From NCBI GenBank assembly GCA_012515075.1, contig JAAYZC010000002.1:70048-134047 (forward strand): a stretch of DNA of 64,000 nt, in the 5' to 3' direction. This stretch comes from Thermoplasmatales archaeon (GTDB taxonomy: Archaea > Thermoplasmatota > Thermoplasmata > Methanomassiliicoccales > Methanomethylophilaceae). Numbering within the stretch: the first letter of the stretch is position 1; each line of letters begins with the position of its first letter. The notes beneath the pieces were generated by a model. That model was not told where the DNA came from. It saw only the letters and a list, made by a program, of their open reading frames with translations, and did not search any database. Positions 58,482 through 64,000 of the stretch are shown here, piece by piece. The position numbers and the translations under genes were made by a program.

Positions 58482-59567
58482 TTAACCCGTTTTTAACACA
58501 TCTCTTCGGCGGAGGGGCATGCGTTCCACTTCTAGCCTGTCAGCGGTGGGGTATTCCTCGACTATGAAGCACTCGTAGGGGAGTTCGGCGGCCAGCCTCT
58601 CCAGCACCCAGGAGGCAACCTCCAGGCGTTTCCTGTCGGGGTCCGCGTGCATGAGTCCGGCGGGCACATCGTACGACACCGAGAGCAGGGCCTCGGCGGC
58701 GGCGAGGTCTTCCGCGTAGAGCACGCCTTTGAGCAGCGTTCCGTCCTCGGTCACGATGTCGTAGTCCCTGGCGATGTGATTGGCCCGGCGTATGAGCCTC
58801 CTCCTCAGCTGCACCCCGTCCTTGAAGGAGGACGAGCAGAAATGGACCGGGAGCCGCCTGTGCCTCTTGATGAGCCTCAGCGCCAAGCCCTCCGATCCCT
58901 CGACGGCCGAAGACAACTCGTCCTTCAGACCGTATCCCATGTCACCCATCATGTCCCAGTTGCTCTCGGAGAATTCCAGTTCGTTAAGGTTCACGAAGCG
59001 CACCCCGACGGATTCCGCGTATACGAGGAGAGCGTCCAGCTCCCGCTCGCGGTCGGGCAGGGCCGGGACCTCAAGACCAACATCGAGCCCCGGGATGCCC
59101 ACGATATCCTTCAGCGCGGTCTCCTCCATGCGGGTCCACATGCGCACGGGAGGGTGGAAGCGTATCTCGTCCAGCCCGGCCTCGGCCAGGGTCCGGACCT
59201 TGACCGGATCCATGGTGGAGGTGTAGAGATGTATGTGGTGCCCCTTGCCGAATCTTCCCTTGAGCCCCTCTATGGCCCGGGCCGTCCTTTCGCATTCCTC
59301 GAGGGGGTCCCCTCCCGTGATGCCGGTCCCAGTTGCATCCATGGACACGGCCTCCCCGAAGATTCCCTCCATGTCGAAAACCCGCTTTTCGTTGGCGTAA
59401 ATGACGTCCAGGCCCTTCTTCTCGAAGGACACCGGGCAGTAGAAGCAGCCCGTATCGCACTTGCCAGTGATCAGGAGGACCATCTTGGCTCCCTCCATGC
59501 AATGTTCACATCCTTCGGCCAGAGGTCCGTTGGCCGCGGAGCCGCACTCCAATCTCTTCAGGGACAT
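58482..59567 (-). CDS. Radical SAM protein (pyruvate formate-lyase-activase-related family)
   Basis: The real start is ATG 59567 (MSLKRLECG...). CX3CX2C motif CDTGCFYC. 361 aa. The longer ORF-track form would run antisense through pyrF. Confidence 0.75.
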   Translation of the reverse strand: MSLKRLECGSAANGPLAEGCEHCMEGAKMVLLITGKCDTGCFYCPVSFEKKGLDVIYANEKRVFDMEGIFGEAVSMDATGTGITGGDPLEECERTARAIEGLKGRFGKGHHIHLYTSTMDPVKVRTLAEAGLDEIRFHPPVRMWTRMEETALKDIVGIPGLDVGLEVPALPDRERELDALLVYAESVGVRFVNLNELEFSESNWDMMGDMGYGLKDELSSAVEGSEGLALRLIKRHRRLPVHFCSSSFKDGVQLRRRLIRRANHIARDYDIVTEDGTLLKGVLYAEDLAAAEALLSVSYDVPAGLMHADPDRKRLEVASWVLERLAAELPYECFIVEEYPTADRLEVERMPLRRRDVLKTG

Positions 59568-59624
59568 CCCGTCGCAATCGGTGCGATGTTTTAATAACCC
59601 TCGCAGAGTTCGTAATGGGAGCAC

Positions 59625-60281
59625 ATGAAGAGGAGAACCCGTTTGATATTGGCTTTGGACGAGACCGACAGGGGAAGGGCCATTTCCGTCGCGGAGGCTG
59701 TTTCCCCGTACGTCGACGCCGTAAAGATAAATTGGCCGCTTGTCCTGTCGGCGGGACCCGGCATGATATCCGAGCTCGCGGGCATATCCGATGTCATATG
59801 CGATTTCAAGGTCGCGGACATACCGAACACCGTGCGCCTCATCGTGGAGCAGTCCGTTTCGAGGGGGGCCTCGGCGGTCATAGTGCACGCGTTCACCGGC
59901 AGGGACTCCCTGGAGACCGCGGTTGCTGCGGCCGGGGACGCCGACATATATGCCGTGACGGAGATGAGCCACCCCGGAGGCAGTACCTTCACCTCGGCCC
60001 ACGCCGAGGAGATGGCCGCCATGGGCGTGGAGTGCGGGGTCGCGGGGTTCATAGCCCCTGCCACCCGTCCAGAGAGGATCGCGGCCGTGAGGTCCCTGGT
60101 AGGCGATTTGAAGATCCTATCTCCTGGCGCCGGCGCCCAGGGGGGCAGTGCCGCCGCGGCAGTATCGGCCGGCGCGGACTACGTGATAGTCGGTCGCGCC
60201 ATATACGGCTCGGAGGATCCGGAGGGATCCGCCGCGTCCTTTGCCAGGGAGATATCCACGGCGTCCCGGGGGGCCCTGTAA
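59625..60281 (+). CDS. pyrF: Orotidine 5'-phosphate decarboxylase
   Basis: LILALDE, and DFKVADIPNT with the catalytic Lys. C-terminal IVGRAIY. Confidence 0.9.
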   Translation: MKRRTRLILALDETDRGRAISVAEAVSPYVDAVKINWPLVLSAGPGMISELAGISDVICDFKVADIPNTVRLIVEQSVSRGASAVIVHAFTGRDSLETAVAAAGDADIYAVTEMSHPGGSTFTSAHAEEMAAMGVECGVAGFIAPATRPERIAAVRSLVGDLKILSPGAGAQGGSAAAAVSAGADYVIVGRAIYGSEDPEGSAASFAREISTASRGAL

Positions 60282-60370
60282 CCCCGTCAGTTATAAAGTG
60301 ACGCGCACGTCCGTAAATCTATAAATACGGTCGTAAACATGAACCGCCATTCAGAAGCGGAGATTCTAGA

Positions 60371-63300
60371 ATGCGCAAATTCGAGACTACGACAGCCGCC
60401 TCTCTCAAAGAGAGGTCAAATCGCCCATCGGGCGACGGTACGGGATGGTTGAAGAACAACAAGCGCTCGATCCTCGTGCTGTGTGCGATAGTCCTCTTCG
60501 CCCTCCTCCTGAGGGTGTTCTACGCATACGGCATATCCGCCGGCAGCGACTACGCTCTTTCCGGCGGCTCGAGTGCGGCATATCACCTGCATGTGATAGA
60601 GACCCTGATAACCAAGGGTCAGTTCATAGTGCTGGACCCCAGCGTCAACTATCCCTTCGACGGGCTCAACACGACACCGCCCATGCTGGATCTCATAGTT
60701 GCCTTCTTCGCGTGGATCGCAGCATCCACAGGCGTCTCCGCAGCAACGGCCAGCTCCGGGGCTCTGGCTTGGTTCGGTCCGATAGTCGGTTCTGTGACCT
60801 GCGTGTTCGTTTACTTCCTGGGGAAAGAGGTTTTCAGCAAGAAGGCCGGCATCCTGGCCGCGTTGCTCTACGCTCTGTTCCCGATAACGATAATAAGCAC
60901 GGTGTTCTCCAACGGCACGGAGGCCGCACTCTACGGGTTCCTGTTCGTGCTCATGTCCTACTTCCTTGTCAGGGCGGTCAAATCCCTCGACTCGGCGGAC
61001 CTGAAAGGGTTCAGGTCCGTACTGGACAACAGGGTCACTCTGGTGTACGTGCTGGCATCCGGCATAACCTTCGGCCTTCTGGCTCTCTCGTGGAACGGTT
61101 TCTACGCCGTGGTCCTCGTGCTCGTGGCCCTCATGGCCTCCCAGGCCGTTCTCGACCGTTTCAGGTCCAAGGACTTCTCGACCGTGACCGTGATGTATTC
61201 CATGGTGCTCATGATCGGCGTTCTCATCGCGGCCTGCTACTACATACCCGCGGGCCTCTGGGATGCGGTCTTCTCCGGTCCCTTCCTGGTCTCAGTCCTG
61301 TCCGCGGCCCTCTGCATGGCCTATGCCGCCCTGTCCGACAGGCCATGGACTCTCACCCTGCCGGCCCTGGCCCTGGCCGTTATAGCGTTCTTCGCTGTGA
61401 TGTTCTTCGCGGCCCCCGACCTGTTCGGAGCGATGGTCTCGGGGAACGACTTCTACGAGAACCCGATCTTCTCCTCCATGGTGGCGTCCTCGGCAGGAAA
61501 CACACTGTCGGAGCTGGCCATATTCTTCGGATGGGCCGTGTTCTGGTTCCCCATGGTGATGTTCCTCTACATGGCGTACAGGTACCCTCGCAACATGGAC
61601 TCCCGGGCATACACCTTCATCCTGTTCTGGACACTCTCGCTCGTGATCCTGACCTGGGCCTCCAGGTCGGTGGCATTCCTGGCGGCGCCGATGTACGCTG
61701 TAGGGGGGGCCGCTCTCATAGTCTGGATCCTGGACAAGTCCGACACCAGGGGATACTTCGCCAGCTTCAAGGGGGCGGACATCCGCAGCGTCTGGAAGAG
61801 GATCCTGAAACCCGCGCCTCTGATCACCGTCCTGGTGGCGGTGTTCCTGGTGGCGATGCCCGCGGCGATATACGCCGTGGACGCAAGCATCTCCAGCAAC
61901 GAGAAGGCGAATTACGGCAGCAACATCTTCGGTGCATCCGGTTACTACGTGGACACGGACGCCTCCAACAACATCAACAACCTCTGGGAGGCCTACTCCT
62001 CCGAGACCAAGGCCGGAGCCTTGGTGACATGGATCGACTACAGCTACGACGCGGTCAACAAAGGGGGTTTCCTGTCCGTGACGGATTCCAACGGAGGAGG
62101 GGCCTCGGCCGCCTCCAACATACTGCTGGCGGAAGGAAGCGCCGGCGCAACCGCCGCCATGGCGGTCCGCCTGATGATGTCCGAAGACATCTACACATTC
62201 CAGTCGATTCTGCAGGAGTTCGGTCTGGACGTCGATGCCGTGGCAGGGTTCTTCAACGACCCGGCCTCCACGAAGTCCCTGGTCCTCGGGAGCCCCGACG
62301 TTTACGGCAAGGTATCCCAGAACCTGACCGACGAGAACGCGACATATTTGGCCACGGTGGAGTACCTGACATCCTCCCTCTCCGAGACGGATGTCAACAA
62401 GTTCTACGACAAGGTCTGCTCCTCGGTGGGCAAGCAGATCAACTACGTAGCGGTCGACGGGTCCATGATGCCCCTCTACTACGGAGACGGCTCCTACTTC
62501 ATGACCCTGGCATACCTCAACGATTACGCCGTGACCTACACCACCCTTTCAAGCGGTGCTTCTCTGGGATCCCCCGGAGAGTTCTACTCCTACTCCTCCT
62601 ACTCGCCGTACTACTGCTCCTACACTGACCCCATGTACGAATCCATGTACTGGAGGGCCCTGATAGGCATGTCCCCGTCCGATGCGGGCGTGTCCTCGGG
62701 AATATCCTATCTGAGCAGCCTCGCTCTCAGCGACGGCACCTACAAAGCCGTGCCCGGGTACGGCCTCAGCAACTACGCAGTGGTCTACTGGCATGTCATG
62801 TACAACGAGGACGGGGATGCGACCCTGTCCTCGGACGGATGGGTAGACATGGACGCATACGAGGCCATGTCGCTGCAGGAGTCCCAGGGCGGTTTGATCA
62901 ACTACATAGCCGGCACTGTTATGCTGGAGTACAAGAGCAGCAACCAGATGAACAGTCTCACCGGGAAGATAAGCTACAACAACGGCACATCCACGGTCCC
63001 CGCCGAGGGCATACAGGTCGCGGTGCACGAAGCCATAGACTACAACGGCGACGGAATCGTCGACAGCTATGTCCAGCGCTGCACGGCCTACACCGACTCA
63101 CAAGGCAGGTACGAGGTATCCATAAGCAACACCGGAGTGAGCTACAAGCTGGTGTACTCCATAGGGACCTCCAGCACGACCGGGGGCAGGGAGATAAAGA
63201 CGCTGGATGAGCCCACGTCCTCCACGCCCGGGCTGACGTTCACCATCGGCTCCATAGGCATGTCGGGCAGTGTCACCCTCAACGATTCGGCCTATGCCAC

Positions 63301-64000
63301 CGGGTCCGAGCCTCTAACCGTGAAGATAGAGGGCTCCGTGACCGGATACACGGCCACCACCACGACCACCGAGGGATACTTCGCCTTCTCCGGCGTGATG
63401 CCCGACCAGTACACCATAACTGTGGCGAAGTCCGACGGCATAATCCTGGCATCCTCCACCTACAGGACCTTCGAGGGCGCCAACGCGGGCATCGAGGTTC
63501 CGGTCAGCACCGGCAAGATAACCGTGACCGTCACCGACGGCATGGGCCAGAGTGTGACGTCCGGTACCGTGATCGCGACCAACACCTCCAACGGCGCCCA
63601 GTACGAGGCGCAGATAGGTTCGGACGGCAAGGCCGTGATTCAGGTAGTCCCCGGGACGTTCACCCTGAGCACCGGCGACGGCATCGTCTCCGTGTATTCA
63701 ACCTCGGTGACTGTGGCCTCCGGAGGATCCAAGACGGCCAGCCTGACCGTTTACGGCCCGAACACCGTCACCGTCAACACGCCCATGTCCAACATGACGG
63801 TCGTGGTGAGCGCCCCCGGCATCACCGTGTCGGCCAACACCGGGTCCGCGAAGTCGGTTACCCTGACACTCCCGGTCTCCGTGGGAGCCGGCCAGGGCAA
63901 CGGATACACCTACACCGTGTACGCAACCGACGGCAGCGACTCCGGATCCTCCAAGGTATACTGGACGACCTTCCAGTACTCGGGCGCTTCGTCCACGGTC
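60371..64000 (+). CDS. AglB/STT3-like oligosaccharyltransferase-family membrane protein with C-terminal Ig-like repeats (3' end outside the window)
   Basis: Frame 2 is open from ATG 60371 to the window end and is absent from the ORF track. About 13 hydrophobic segments are followed by LVTWIDYSYDAV (a WWDYG-like motif at 62030-62044). After that come Thr/Ser/Val-rich beta-sandwich repeats, including a CarboxypepD_reg-like GIQVAVHEAIDYNGDG...TDSQGRYEV. Confidence 0.7.
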   Translation, partial: MRKFETTTAASLKERSNRPSGDGTGWLKNNKRSILVLCAIVLFALLLRVFYAYGISAGSDYALSGGSSAAYHLHVIETLITKGQFIVLDPSVNYPFDGLNTTPPMLDLIVAFFAWIAASTGVSAATASSGALAWFGPIVGSVTCVFVYFLGKEVFSKKAGILAALLYALFPITIISTVFSNGTEAALYGFLFVLMSYFLVRAVKSLDSADLKGFRSVLDNRVTLVYVLASGITFGLLALSWNGFYAVVLVLVALMASQAVLDRFRSKDFSTVTVMYSMVLMIGVLIAACYYIPAGLWDAVFSGPFLVSVLSAALCMAYAALSDRPWTLTLPALALAVIAFFAVMFFAAPDLFGAMVSGNDFYENPIFSSMVASSAGNTLSELAIFFGWAVFWFPMVMFLYMAYRYPRNMDSRAYTFILFWTLSLVILTWASRSVAFLAAPMYAVGGAALIVWILDKSDTRGYFASFKGADIRSVWKRILKPAPLITVLVAVFLVAMPAAIYAVDASISSNEKANYGSNIFGASGYYVDTDASNNINNLWEAYSSETKAGALVTWIDYSYDAVNKGGFLSVTDSNGGGASAASNILLAEGSAGATAAMAVRLMMSEDIYTFQSILQEFGLDVDAVAGFFNDPASTKSLVLGSPDVYGKVSQNLTDENATYLATVEYLTSSLSETDVNKFYDKVCSSVGKQINYVAVDGSMMPLYYGDGSYFMTLAYLNDYAVTYTTLSSGASLGSPGEFYSYSSYSPYYCSYTDPMYESMYWRALIGMSPSDAGVSSGISYLSSLALSDGTYKAVPGYGLSNYAVVYWHVMYNEDGDATLSSDGWVDMDAYEAMSLQESQGGLINYIAGTVMLEYKSSNQMNSLTGKISYNNGTSTVPAEGIQVAVHEAIDYNGDGIVDSYVQRCTAYTDSQGRYEVSISNTGVSYKLVYSIGTSSTTGGREIKTLDEPTSSTPGLTFTIGSIGMSGSVTLNDSAYATGSEPLTVKIEGSVTGYTATTTTTEGYFAFSGVMPDQYTITVAKSDGIILASSTYRTFEGANAGIEVPVSTGKITVTVTDGMGQSVTSGTVIATNTSNGAQYEAQIGSDGKAVIQVVPGTFTLSTGDGIVSVYSTSVTVASGGSKTASLTVYGPNTVTVNTPMSNMTVVVSAPGITVSANTGSAKSVTLTLPVSVGAGQGNGYTYTVYATDGSDSGSSKVYWTTFQYSGASSTV

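Noticed and set aside
59568-60002. N-terminal 145 codons of the 506-aa minus-strand ORF 58482-60002
   Set aside because: This extension runs antisense through pyrF. The radical SAM family N-terminus starts at ATG 59567, leaving a normal 57-bp divergent promoter spacer with a TATA-like TTTTAATAA.
60445-62628. 727-aa plus-strand ORF from the track (frame 1)
   Set aside because: Its translation is extremely Arg/Gly/Pro-rich with no membrane or domain logic, typical of an off-frame read of a GC-rich gene. Frame 2 from 60371 gives a coherent polytopic AglB-like protein and stays open to the window end.

Overview
This is a GC-rich, very gene-dense archaeal core chromosome segment. I call about 60 protein genes and 5 tRNAs, and I see no rRNA, CRISPR array, transposase or integrase. 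Everything here was read by eye from the sequence and the ORF track, with no database search.

Information-processing genes dominate:
- the rpl18a-pfdA-ftsY cluster and PriS primase
- an operon of a small wHTH gene, MCM, DUF424 and NMD3
- two Lhr-type helicases, GyrB-GyrA and CDC48
- the RNA polymerase operon rpoH-rpoB-rpoA1-rpoA2-rpl30e-nusA
- Elp3, Trm56, Tsr3 and RlmE

Metabolic and housekeeping genes are ThiC, PurM, PyrF, a two-subunit class I fumarate hydratase, an HPS/RraA fusion, PPase, CrcB and Trx/TrxR. An AglB/STT3-like gene runs off the right edge and is missing from the ORF track.

An unsplit rpoB, a bacterial-type gyrase, an HdrD-like CCG protein and near-total avoidance of TAG stops suggest a Thermoplasmata organism, probably Methanomassiliicoccales-like. 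This is inference only.

Genes are often translationally coupled through ATGA/GTGA/TTGA overlaps, and several use GTG or TTG starts. Most long antisense or off-frame ORFs in the track are GC-driven shadows.

I found no clear novel multi-gene system. The items most worth a second look are:
- a 1773-aa Lhr helicase with what looks like two tandem AlkZ/YcaQ-like C-terminal modules, sitting next to an Ogg1-type glycosylase and an EndoIV-like nuclease
- an HdrD-like Fe-S protein fused through a PEKA-rich linker to a nuclease-fold-like tail, directly upstream of a second Lhr
- a catalytically dead LMW-PTP/ArsC-fold protein coupled to tsr3
- lineage-specific additions in RNAP subunits: a Zn-ribbon insert in RpoB and an HhH N-terminal extension on Rpo1C
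- amber-stop depletion
- several unannotated small ORFs and one apparently frameshifted membrane-protein gene
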